NCBI GenBank assembly: GCA_963733175.1 | Contig: CAVTCL010000013.1 | Span: 441-64,440, forward strand | Reading direction: 5' to 3' | Length of the DNA: 64,000 nt | From: an uncultured Actinomycetota bacterium | GTDB lineage: Bacteria > Actinomycetota > CALGFH01 | Shown here: in pieces, positions 36,633 through 46,862 of the stretch | How the letters are laid out: every line of letters starts with the position of its first letter | How positions within the stretch are numbered: the stretch's first letter is position 1 | Program-made: the position numbers and the translations under genes | The notes under the pieces: generated by a model | The model's input: the letters and a program-made list of their open reading frames with translations, nothing else | What the model was told of the DNA's origin: nothing | Databases searched by the model: none

Positions 36633-37230
36633 CCCGCCAGACCTCGCCGTGGCGGGGGTGCTCGATCTCGGCCGCCACCGCGGTGGCCAGCTCCGCCCCG
36701 AAGTGGCGCTCGACCAGCCACAGGGCCATGTCGATGCCGGAGGTGACCCCGCCGGCGGTGACCAGGTCGCCGTCGTCGACCACCCTGGCCTCGATCACCT
36801 CGGCGCCCGCGGTTCGTAGATCCTCGATGGCGCCGTGGTGGGTGACGGCCGGCCGGCCCCTGGTCAGGCCGGCGGCGGTGGCCAGCATGGCCCCGGTGCA
36901 GACGGTGGCCACCACGGCGCCGGCCCGGTGGGCGGCGGCGATCGCCGCCGGCAGCTCGCCCCGCTCGGCCTCGGCCCAGGCCCCCTGGGCGCCGCGGTCG
37001 TTCCAGCCGCCGCCGGGGATCACCAGCAGGTCGGTCCCGTCCGGGTCGAGGCGGCCGTCGGGCCGGACCACCAGGCCGTGGGAGCCGGTGACCTCGGCCG
37101 CCCCGTCGAGCGCGACCAGGTCCACCTTCAGGTCGGCGTCGCCCATGGTCGCGGCGTTGCGCAGCACCTCCAGCGGGCCGATGGCATCCAGCTCGTCGAA
37201 GCCGTCGAACACGACCACCGCGATCCGCAT
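36604..37230 (-). CDS. DJ-1/PfpI family protein
   Basis: MRIAVVVFDGFDELD... from ATG 37230 after GGAAGGAG. Nucleophile-elbow VATVCTGAMLA. Confidence 0.85.
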   Translation of the reverse strand: MRIAVVVFDGFDELDAIGPLEVLRNAATMGDADLKVDLVALDGAAEVTGSHGLVVRPDGRLDPDGTDLLVIPGGGWNDRGAQGAWAEAERGELPAAIAAAHRAGAVVATVCTGAMLATAAGLTRGRPAVTHHGAIEDLRTAGAEVIEARVVDDGDLVTAGGVTSGIDMALWLVERHFGAELATAVAAEIEHPRHGEVWRARPGPRPDR

Positions 37231-37284
37231 CTGGCGCTCCTTCCAGGCTGGACTTTGGCCCGAGCGGCGTGATAGCACTTGGGC

Positions 37285-37311
37285 TTAGCACTCGACCATC
37301 TTGAGTGCTAA
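37285..37311. promoter_or_regulatory. CIRCE element (HrcA operator)
   Basis: TTAGCACTC-gaccatctt-GAGTGCTAA, a perfect match to the consensus TTAGCACTC-N9-GAGTGCTAA. It lies 70 nt upstream of groEL. Confidence 0.9.
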
Positions 37312-39000
<1,689 letters not shown>

Positions 39001-39016
39001 GGTCCAGCTCCACGCG

Positions 39017-39049
39017 AACGGCGGCCCGCACGGGGCCGCCGTTTCGCTT
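39017..39049 (+). terminator. Intrinsic terminator-like hairpin after groEL
   Basis: AACGGCGGCCC-gcacg-GGGCCGCCGTT followed by TCGCTT. Confidence 0.65.
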
Positions 39050-39068
39050 GGTCATAGACTGTCCATTC

Positions 39069-39917
39069 ATGAACCCCAAGAACCAGATCATGGACGGGCT
39101 GGACGCCAAGCTGGCCGCCCTGCGGCGGGACCTGGAATCCACCGGCGGGGTGATGGTGGCGTTCTCGGGCGGGGCCGACTCGGCCTTCCTGCTGGCCGCG
39201 GCCGTGCAGGCGCTGGGGGAGCGGGCGGTGGCGGCCACCGGGGTCTCGCCCAGCCTGGCCGGGCGCGAGCTGGAGGATGCCCGCGTCCTGGCCGCCGAGC
39301 TGGGCGCCCGCCACCTGGTGGTGGCCACCCACGAGGGCGAGCGGCCCGGCTACCTGCGCAACGGGCCCGACCGCTGCTTCTTCTGCAAGGACGAGCTGTT
39401 CGAGGTGCTCGGCCCCTTGGCCGGCGCCGAGGGCCTGGCCCTGGCCGTCGGGACCAACGTCGACGACCTGGGCGACCACCGCCCCGGCCAGCGGGCCGCG
39501 GCCGACCACGGCGTGCTGACCCCGCTGGTGGCCGCCGGCCTCACCAAGGCCGAGGTCCGCGAGGCATCCCGCCGCCTCGGCCTGCGCACCGCCGACAAGC
39601 CGGCCGCCGCCTGCCTGGCCTCCCGGATCGCCTACGGCGTCCAGGTCACCCCGGCCCGCCTGTCCAGGGTCGAGCGGGCCGAGGCCCTGCTCCGCTCCTT
39701 CGGCCTGGCCCAGCTCCGCGTCCGCGACCACGGCGACCTGGCCCGGGTCGAGGTCCCGGTCGAGTCCCTGCCCGCCCTGGTCCACCCCGACCGCCGGGCC
39801 CGCCTGGTCGCCGGCCTCCACGACCTCGGCTTCACCTTCGTCACCCTCGACCTGGAGGGCTTCCGCTCCGGCTCCATGAACGCCGTGCTCGGGGGGTCCG
39901 GGGGGCCGGAGCAGTGA
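39069..39917 (+). CDS. PP-loop ATPase, LarE-like sulfur transferase (TIGR00268-type) with CxxC plus C cysteine triad
   Basis: PP-loop FSGGADSAFL, CFFCK (CxxC) and AAACLASR cysteine motif. ATG 39069; the alternative ATG 39090 is equally possible. Confidence 0.75.
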   Translation: MNPKNQIMDGLDAKLAALRRDLESTGGVMVAFSGGADSAFLLAAAVQALGERAVAATGVSPSLAGRELEDARVLAAELGARHLVVATHEGERPGYLRNGPDRCFFCKDELFEVLGPLAGAEGLALAVGTNVDDLGDHRPGQRAAADHGVLTPLVAAGLTKAEVREASRRLGLRTADKPAAACLASRIAYGVQVTPARLSRVERAEALLRSFGLAQLRVRDHGDLARVEVPVESLPALVHPDRRARLVAGLHDLGFTFVTLDLEGFRSGSMNAVLGGSGGPEQ

Positions 39918-40144
39918 GGCGCCTGGTCCACTGCACCCTCCCCCCGGAGCTGGTCCACCGGCCGATCCTCCACGACCTGGTCAGGGCGACCACCGCGGTG
40001 GTCAACGTCCGCCGGGCCAACGTCGACGTCGAGTCCGGCGTGGCCTGGTTCCTCCTCGAGCTCTCCGGCCCCGAGGCGCAGCTCGACCAGGCCGAGGCCT
40101 GGCTCACCGAACAGGGCGTCACCGTCGAGCCGATCGACGCGTGA
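39914..40144 (+). CDS. Small NIL domain-containing protein
   Basis: 76 aa. The GTG start overlaps the larE-like stop (GTGA). The PILHDLVRATTAVVNVRRANVDVESGVAWFLLELSG...L pattern is typical of the NIL fold. Confidence 0.65.
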   Translation: MRRLVHCTLPPELVHRPILHDLVRATTAVVNVRRANVDVESGVAWFLLELSGPEAQLDQAEAWLTEQGVTVEPIDA

Positions 40145-41368
40145 CCGCGGTCCCCCTCCGGCGCAACCGCGACTTCGTGCTGCTCCAGGCCGGGCAGCTG
40201 CTGTCGGAGGTCGGCACGCAGTCGGCGGCGATCGCCTACCCCTGCTGGTGCTGGCCGAGACCGGGTCGGCGGCCAAGGCGGGGGTGGTCGCGTTCGCCCG
40301 CGCCCTGTCCCTGACGCTGTTCGCGCTGCCCGCCGGCGTGGTGGCCGACCGCTGGAACCGGCGGCGGCTGATGATCGCGGCCGACGCTGTCCGCGTGCTC
40401 GCCGTCGGGGGCCTGGCCGCGGCGATCGTGACGCGACCGGCTCAACTTCTGGGTGATCCCGCTGGTCGCCTTCGTCGAGGGCGTCGGCGCGGCCCTGTTC
40501 GCGGCCGCGCAGGCCGGGGCCCTTCGCGCCGTGGTGCCGGCACGCCAGCTGCCGGGGGCGGCGGGCGCCCAGACGGGCCGGCTGGCGGCGGTCGGGCTGG
40601 TCGGCCCGCCGCTCGGCGGCGCCCTGTTCGGGGTCGCCCGGGCGCTCCCGTTCCTGGTCGACGCCGTCTCCTACGCCTTCTCGACCGTCTCGCTGCTGGC
40701 CATGCGAGGGCCGTTCCAGGAGGCGCGCGAGCCGGACCGCTCGCCGCTGCGCTCGCGGCTCGCGGAAGGATTCCGCTTCCTCTGGGGCCACCGGTTCCTG
40801 CGCACCTGCGCGTTCCTGTTCGGGCTGGCGAACTTCATCGGCGTCGGCGTCCTGTTCGCGGTCGTCGTCCTCGGCCAGCGCCAGGGCCTGTCCGGCGGTC
40901 GGGTCGGCGCTGCTGGTGGCGGCCTTCGGGGGCTGCGTGCTGCTCGGCTCGTTCCTGGCCCCGCTGGTCAGCCGGATCCTCTCGGTCCGCGCGGTGCTGC
41001 TGCTGGAGCTGTGGACCTGGCTCGGCTGCGGCCTGTTCCTGATCTGGCCCAGCGTCTATGTGCTGGTCGCCAGCACCCTGCCGACGGCCCTGGCGATCCC
41101 CTCGACCAACTCGGTCGTCCACGGCTACCGGATGGCGATGACGCCCGACCGGCTGCTCGGCCGGGTCGAGTCCGTCTGGAGGACGATCTCGCTGCTGATC
41201 GTGCCGCTCGGTCCGCTGGTCGCCGGCATCCTGCTCGACGCCGTGCCCGCGCGGGCCGCCATCGGCATGTTCGCCGCCGTCGGCCTCGTGCTGGTCGTCT
41301 GGGGCAGCCTCAGCCCGTCGATCCGGGCGGCGCCGAGCCTGGACGAGCTCGACCGCCACCGGGGGTGA
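40141..41368 (+). pseudogene. MFS transporter (DHA3/EntS-like; three frame changes as assembled)
   Basis: The GTG start overlaps the NIL stop (GTGA). VTAVPLRRNRDFVLLQAGQLLSEVG...AYP is in frame 1. LLVLAETGSAAKAG...AAAIVT is in frame 0. DRLNFWVIPLVAFVEG...QRQGLS is in frame 1. AVGSALLVAAFGG...DELDRHRG is in frame 2. Junctions lie at the CCCC run 40239-40242 and near 40435 and 40895. Confidence 0.75.
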
Positions 41369-42339
41369 CGCCGGCGGCGCGCAGCACCCGCAGGGCGTTG
41401 AGGGTGAGCATCTCGCTGGGAGCCCGACCGCCCCCAGTCGACCACCTCGACCGGGCCCGACCCGGGCCGGCCGCCGGGCGGGCGCCACCAGTACCCGCCC
41501 GGCCACCAGCGGCCGTCGGCCCGCCGGCGCAGGACCACCAGGTCGAGCGCGTCGGCGGCCCGCGGGTCGCCGGCCAGGCCGAGCCGGGACAGGACCAGCA
41601 GCGCCTGCAGCACGTCGTAGTGCCAGTAGGGCGGGTAGCGAAGCTGCAGCCATCGCCGGTCGATCACCTCGCCGTCCTGGAGCCTGCGGAACAGCCGGTG
41701 GGACAGGAACAGCTCGGCGGCCCGGGCGGCCGCCTCCTGCGCCCAGGTCGCGCCCGTGGCCAGCCAGTACTCGTGGAGGCCCCAGGCCGGCGGCAGCGAC
41801 TCGTGGAACGACGAGCGGCGGCCGCTGGCCCGACGGTCGCAGTTCCAGCCGCCGTCCGGCCACTGCCACCCGGCCAGCGACCGGGCCAGGAGCTCGGCCC
41901 GCGGGTCGCCGGCCAGGCCGAGCCGGCAGGCGACCGCCAGCGCGTTGCCCTCCTGGGAGGCGCAGCGGCGGGCCAGCCCGTCGACCACCGTCACCGTCCG
42001 GCGGTGCTCGGCGCCCGTCAGCCAGTCGAGCACGGTCGATGCGGCGGCCTGGAGGCGAGGCTCGCCGGCCGGGGCGGCCAGCTCCACCAGGGAGACGAGC
42101 CGCCAGTGGGCCCCGGTCCACTTGCTGTAGGGCCGGACCCCGAAGCCGCCGTCCGGCCGCTGGCCGGCCAGCAACGCCCTGGCCTTCGGGCCCTCCAGGC
42201 GCCGGGCCGCGTCGGCGGCCAGCGCCCCGCCGTCGCGTTCGCCCAGCAGGTCGCGGCGGGCGAGGTAGCGGACCGCCGGCTCGTCCGAGGCGAGCAGCCA
42301 GGCCAGTGCGGCCGGCGTCGGGTCGTCGGGGTCGTCCAT
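41310..42339 (-). pseudogene. Prenyltransferase / squalene-cyclase-like repeat protein (one frame change near the 3' end)
   Basis: Repeated Q.PDGG(F/W) motifs (GQRPDGGFG, WQWPDGGWN). After ...VVDWGRSG the sensible continuation PSEMLTLNALRVLRAAG... is in another frame, with the junction near 41418. Confidence 0.55.
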
Positions 42340-42347
42340 GGCGGCGG

Positions 42348-43019
42348 TCAGGTGGCGCCGGGGCGGACGATGCCGGTCTCGTAGGCGAGGACCACGGCCT
42401 GGACCCGGTCGCGGAGGTTGAGCTTGGCCAGGAGGCGGCCGACGTGGGTCTTGACGGTGGTCTCGCTGACCACCAGGTGCTCGGCGATCTCGGCGTTGGA
42501 CATGCCCCTGGCGACCAGGCCGAGCACCTCGAGCTCGCGGGCGGTGAGGGTGTCGAGGGCCGGAGGCCGGACGGCCGCCGGGTCCGGGAGGTTGGCGGCG
42601 AAGCGGTCGAGCAGCCGCCGGGTCACCGAGGGGGCGAGCAGGGCGTCGCCGGCGGCCACCACCTGGATCGCCTCGACCAGGTCCTCGGGGGGGACGTCCT
42701 TGAGCAGGAACCCGCTGGCCCCGGCGCGCAGGGCCGACAGGACGTACTCGTCCAGGTCGAAGGTGGTCAGGATCAGCACCCGGACCGGGTCCTGGACGCC
42801 GTCGCCGGCCAGGCGCCGGGTCGCCTCGATCCCGTCCATGCCGGGCATGCGGATGTCCATCAGCACCACGTCGGCCCGGACGTGGCCGGCCAGCCGGACC
42901 GCCTCGCCGCCGTCGGCGGCCTCGCCCACCACCTCGAGGTCCGGCTCGGCGTCCAGGATCATCCGGAACCCGGTCCGCATCAGCGGCTGGTCGTCGGCGA
43001 TCAGGACCCTGATGGTCAC
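42348..43019 (-). CDS. NarL/LuxR-type response regulator
   Basis: Receiver domain (ADDQPLMR...DVVLMDIRMPGMDG) plus LuxR HTH (LTARELEVLGLVARGMSNAEIAEHLVVSETTVKTHV). Confidence 0.9.
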   Translation of the reverse strand: MTIRVLIADDQPLMRTGFRMILDAEPDLEVVGEAADGGEAVRLAGHVRADVVLMDIRMPGMDGIEATRRLAGDGVQDPVRVLILTTFDLDEYVLSALRAGASGFLLKDVPPEDLVEAIQVVAAGDALLAPSVTRRLLDRFAANLPDPAAVRPPALDTLTARELEVLGLVARGMSNAEIAEHLVVSETTVKTHVGRLLAKLNLRDRVQAVVLAYETGIVRPGAT

Positions 43020-44293
43020 TGGTGGCCGCTGTCCAGGGGGAGGCGGGCGGCGACCCGGTAGCCGCCGCCGGGGCGGGCGCCGGCCTCGAGGGTGCCGCCG
43101 AACATGGCCACCCGCTCGCGCATGCCGATGAGGCCGTTGCCCGACCGGCGAATGCGCCGGTCGGCCGACCGGCGATCCTGCCGGTCGGAGTCTACGGGTC
43201 GTCGGCCGAAGGCCGACTCCGAGTCGTTCCCGTCGTCGGTCACCTGGACCTCGAGGACCTCACGGCCGTAGCAGATCCGGACCTTGGCCCGGGCCGGGCC
43301 GGCGTGCTTGAGCGAGTTGGTCAGCGCCTCCTGCACGATCCGGTAGGCGGAGAGGTCGACCCCGGCCGGCAGCGGCCGCGGCTCGCCCTCGACCGTCACC
43401 TCGACCGGCAGGCCGGCCTCGCGGGCGGCCGCGGCCAGCGAGTCCAGGTGCTCCAGGCTCGGCTGGGGGGCGAGGGCGGCGGCGTCCTCCTGGTCGCCGT
43501 CGCGCAGCAGCCCGAGGAGGCGGCGCATCTCGACCAGGGCCTGGCGGCCGGTCGACTCGATCTGGCCGAGGGCGGCCGCCGCCTGGTCTGGGCTGGCGCC
43601 CAGGGTGCGCCGGGCCGCCCCGGCCTGGACGACCATCACGCTGACCGAGTGGGCGACCACGTCGTGCAGCTCGCGGGCGATCCGGCCCCGCTCCTCGGCC
43701 ACCGCCCAGCGCGAGCGCAGCTCCTGCTCGGTGGCCAGCTGGGTGTTGAGCGCCTCCAGCTTGGCCATGTAGGCCAGGCGCCGCTTCTGCAGGTCGCCGA
43801 GGAAGAAGGCGGCGGCGAACTGGATGAAGGTGAGCACCCAGGACTGCAGGCTGTCCTCGAACGGGCTCGGGTACCTGGCCTCGGCGATCACGCCGTAGCC
43901 GACCATGGCGGCGGCGAACAGCAGCGCCGCGGTCAGCGCATGACGCCTGGGGCGGTGGGCGGCCACCGTGTAGAGCGAGACCACCATGGCCGCCTCGGCG
44001 AAGGTCGGCTTGAACCCCAGGGCCAGGTGGACGATGGCGGCCGCCGTGGTCACGGCCAGGACGGCGTAGGGGGCCCGCCGCCGCCAGGTCAGCGGCACCG
44101 TCTGGCAGAGGGTGAGCAGCACGCCCAGCAAGCCCGGGTCGCGGAAGCTTGTCGCAAACAGCCGCTCGAAGTTCTCGCTGGGCAGGAACAGCATGGGCAG
44201 CGCGATCACGGTGAGCAGCGCGGCCAGCAGGCCGTCGGCCACCGTCGGGGGCAGCTCCCGCACCCGCCGGAGCAGGGACCCAGGCATGCGCAT
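43016..44293 (-). CDS. Sensor histidine kinase (HisKA_3 / DesK-NarX type)
   Basis: ATG 44293 (MRMPGSLL...). About 5 TM segments, H-box RIARELHDVVAHSVS and an HATPase region. It overlaps the response-regulator start by 4 nt. Confidence 0.85.
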   Translation of the reverse strand: MRMPGSLLRRVRELPPTVADGLLAALLTVIALPMLFLPSENFERLFATSFRDPGLLGVLLTLCQTVPLTWRRRAPYAVLAVTTAAAIVHLALGFKPTFAEAAMVVSLYTVAAHRPRRHALTAALLFAAAMVGYGVIAEARYPSPFEDSLQSWVLTFIQFAAAFFLGDLQKRRLAYMAKLEALNTQLATEQELRSRWAVAEERGRIARELHDVVAHSVSVMVVQAGAARRTLGASPDQAAAALGQIESTGRQALVEMRRLLGLLRDGDQEDAAALAPQPSLEHLDSLAAAAREAGLPVEVTVEGEPRPLPAGVDLSAYRIVQEALTNSLKHAGPARAKVRICYGREVLEVQVTDDGNDSESAFGRRPVDSDRQDRRSADRRIRRSGNGLIGMRERVAMFGGTLEAGARPGGGYRVAARLPLDSGHQ

Positions 44294-44376
44294 GCCCCGA
44301 CGGTAGCGTGCGCCGGCCGGCCGGGTCATCCTGCCCGGCGACGAACCCGCGCCTCCTCCCTGGGGAGGAGGGTCGG

Positions 44377-45069
44377 TCAGGACGCGGGGGGCGCGGCCGT
44401 CGGCTCGGGACCGGCGCCGTCGCCGGACGGCCGGGAGACGCCGGCCGGGGCGCTGCTGGAGCCGATCACGGGCACGACCTGGCGGGCGGTGATGATCTCG
44501 TCGACCATGCCGTACTCGAGGGCCTGGTCGGCCGACATGATGAAGTCGCGGTCGGTGTCCTTGGCGATCTTCTCGACGTCCTGGCCGGTGTGCTTGGCCA
44601 TGATCTCGTCCAGCAGCCGGCGCAGGCGCAGGATCTCGCGGGCCTGGATCTCGATGTCGACCGACTGGCCGCGGGCCCCGCCCGACGGCTGGTGGATCAG
44701 GATGGTCGAGTGGGGCAGGGCGTAGCGCTTGCCCTTGGTCCCCGAGGCCAGGATCACGGCCGCGGCCGAGGCGGCCATGCCCATGCAGATGGTGGACACG
44801 TCGGGCTTGACGTACTGCATGGTGTCGTAGATCGCCAGCAGGTCGGTGATCGACCCGCCGGGCGAGTTGATGTAGATCGAGATGTCCTTGTCCGGGTCGT
44901 CGCTCTCCAGGTGCAGGAGCTGGGCCATGACCAGGTTGGCGATGGTGTCGTCGATCGGCGTGCCCAGGAAGATGATCCGGTCCTTGAGCAGCCGGGAGAA
45001 GATGTCGAACGAGCGCTCGCCACGGCTGGTCTGCTCGATGACGATGGGGACCAGGTTCGCATCGGCCAT
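44377..45069 (-). CDS. clpP: ATP-dependent Clp protease proteolytic subunit (orphan paralogue with S/A/P-rich C-terminal tail)
   Basis: 230 aa from ATG 45069 after [28 protein letters not shown] (Ser), ILIHQP (His) and DTDRDF (Asp). Confidence 0.9.
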   Translation of the reverse strand: MADANLVPIVIEQTSRGERSFDIFSRLLKDRIIFLGTPIDDTIANLVMAQLLHLESDDPDKDISIYINSPGGSITDLLAIYDTMQYVKPDVSTICMGMAASAAAVILASGTKGKRYALPHSTILIHQPSGGARGQSVDIEIQAREILRLRRLLDEIMAKHTGQDVEKIAKDTDRDFIMSADQALEYGMVDEIITARQVVPVIGSSSAPAGVSRPSGDGAGPEPTAAPPAS

Positions 45070-45285
45070 TGAGCAAACCTCCGGACGGGGATGGGACGAC
45101 GCGAGGGTACCAGCGCCAGGTCGAGTTCGGAGGGTAGGTCGGCGGGCGAGGTCGGCCCCGGTGGCTCGGGCGAGGCTTGCAGAAACCGAATCTGGGCCCG
45201 AATGAACCGATCGAGGCGGCCGCACGAACACCCAGCGAGCCGGCAACGCCCGGCTCCGCCAGCCGCCAAGGAGGTCGCGCAGATC

Positions 45286-45678
45286 ATGCCCGTCCAGCGT
45301 TTCGCCCAGGTCTTCGGGGCCGTGTACGTGCTCGTCGGCCTGCTCGGGTTCGCCTTCACGGGGTTCGCCAACTTCGCCGGCACCTCGGACGACAAGCTCC
45401 TGCTGTTCGGGGTGAACCCGCTGCACAACATCGTCCACATCGCGGTCGGGGCCCTCTGGCTGGCCTCCTCCCGCACCGAGGCCAGCGCCCGGGCCGTCAG
45501 CACCCTGATCGGCGCCGTGTACCTCGTGGTCGGGGTCCTCGGGCTGTTCATCAACGGCAGCTCGGACCTGAACATCCTGAACATCAACCAGCCCGACAAC
45601 GCGCTGCACCTGGCGAGCGCCGCGCTCGGCCTGTACTTCGGGCTGGCCGGGCGCCGGACGGTCGCGCCAGCGGCCTAG
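45286..45678 (+). CDS. DUF4383 domain-containing membrane protein
   Basis: ATG 45286 after AAGGAGG. Four TM segments with [12 protein letters not shown] and [11 protein letters not shown] motifs. Confidence 0.7.
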   Translation: MPVQRFAQVFGAVYVLVGLLGFAFTGFANFAGTSDDKLLLFGVNPLHNIVHIAVGALWLASSRTEASARAVSTLIGAVYLVVGVLGLFINGSSDLNILNINQPDNALHLASAALGLYFGLAGRRTVAPAA

Positions 45679-45741
45679 AGCCGGGGGGGCCGGCGGGCCG
45701 AGGGGTTCCGGGGGGACCCCTCGGCCCCCTCTGTGCCATCT

Positions 45742-45773
45742 GTGATATAAGAGTGATATCACTTCCCTATCAC
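45742..45773. promoter_or_regulatory. AT-rich operator-like cluster: GTGATAT half-site, GTGATATCAC palindrome, TATCAC half-site
   Basis: tGTGATATaagaGTGATATCACttcccTATCACgg lies immediately upstream of the GGAGG and ATG of the SPFH gene. Confidence 0.5.
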
Positions 45774-45783
45774 GGAGGTCGGC

Positions 45784-46666
45784 ATGGCGACCCGGGACCG
45801 CAACCTCACCACCATCCCCGGCCTGCTCGCGGCGGCCATCTGGCTGCTGCTGGCGGTGGCCGTGACCGTGCTGGCGATCACCTCGCTCACCGGCGGGGAC
45901 GCGGTGTCGTGGACCGGCGTCACCGCCGCCACGGTGCTGGCCCTGCTGCTGGTGCTCGTCCTCAACGGGTTCGTCGTCGTCCAGCCGAACCAGGCCAAGG
46001 TGGCCGTCTTCCTCGGCCGCTACCTGGGGACGATCCGGCGCTCCGGGTTCCACTGGGTCAACCCGCTGACCACCCGGCGCACCCTGTCGCTGCGGATCCG
46101 CAACCTCGACACCGACGTGCTCAAGGTCAACGACGCCAACGGCAACCCGATCGAGATCTCGGCCGTGATCACCTGGCAGGTCGAACGACGCCGCCCAGGC
46201 GGCCTTCGACGTCGAGGACTACGAGGGGTTCGTGGACATCCAGGCGGAGACGGCCGTGCGCCACGTGGCCAGCGTGTTCCCCTACGACAGCTACGAGGAG
46301 GGCCAGGAGTCGCTGCGGGGCGCCGCCGACCGGGTGATCGCCACCCTCCAGGCCGACCTCCAGGAGCGGCTGGACGTGGCCGGGGTGGGGGTGCTCGACA
46401 CCCGGCTGCGCCGGCTCGCCTACGCCCCCGAGATCGCCGCCGACATGCTCCGCCGCCAGCAGGCCGACGCCATCGTCGCCGCCCGCCAGCGCATCGTCGA
46501 GGGCGCGGTGGGCATGGTCGACCACGCCCTGAGCAGCCTCAGCGCCCGCGACATCGTCGAGCTGGACGAGGAGCGCAAGGCGGCCATGGTCTCCAACCTC
46601 ATGGTGGTGCTGGTCAGCGACCGGGGTGCCCAGCCGGTGGTCAACAGCGGCTCCCTGTACACCTGA
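45784..46666 (+). pseudogene. SPFH/band-7 domain protein (one frame change as assembled)
   Basis: N-terminal TM helices, then [32 protein letters not shown]...VITWQVE in frame 1. [27 protein letters not shown]... follows in frame 2. The junction lies near 46186. Confidence 0.8.
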
Positions 46667-46679
46667 GCGGCAGCCACCC

Positions 46680-46862
46680 GTGGGGGACCCCAAGCGCTTC
46701 CTGCTCCGCATCGACCAGCGCGTCTACGACGCCCTCGAGCGCTGGGCGGCCGACGACCTGCGCAGCGTGAACGCCCAGATCGAGTTCCTGCTCCGCGAGT
46801 CCCTGCGCCGGGCCGGCCGCCTGCCCGCACGCGACGAGGACAAGGACGGGCGCCACGGCTAG
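46680..46862 (+). CDS. Arc/MetJ-type ribbon-helix-helix DNA-binding protein
   Basis: 60 aa from GTG 46680. [40 protein letters not shown] shows a beta-strand plus two helices pattern. Confidence 0.6.
   Translation: MGDPKRFLLRIDQRVYDALERWAADDLRSVNAQIEFLLRESLRRAGRLPARDEDKDGRHG

Noticed and set aside
45070-45285. ClgR-type operator upstream of clpP
   Set aside because: I found only CCGAAT/AACCGA direct repeats, and no CGC-N5-GCG-centred palindrome resembling the ClgR site.
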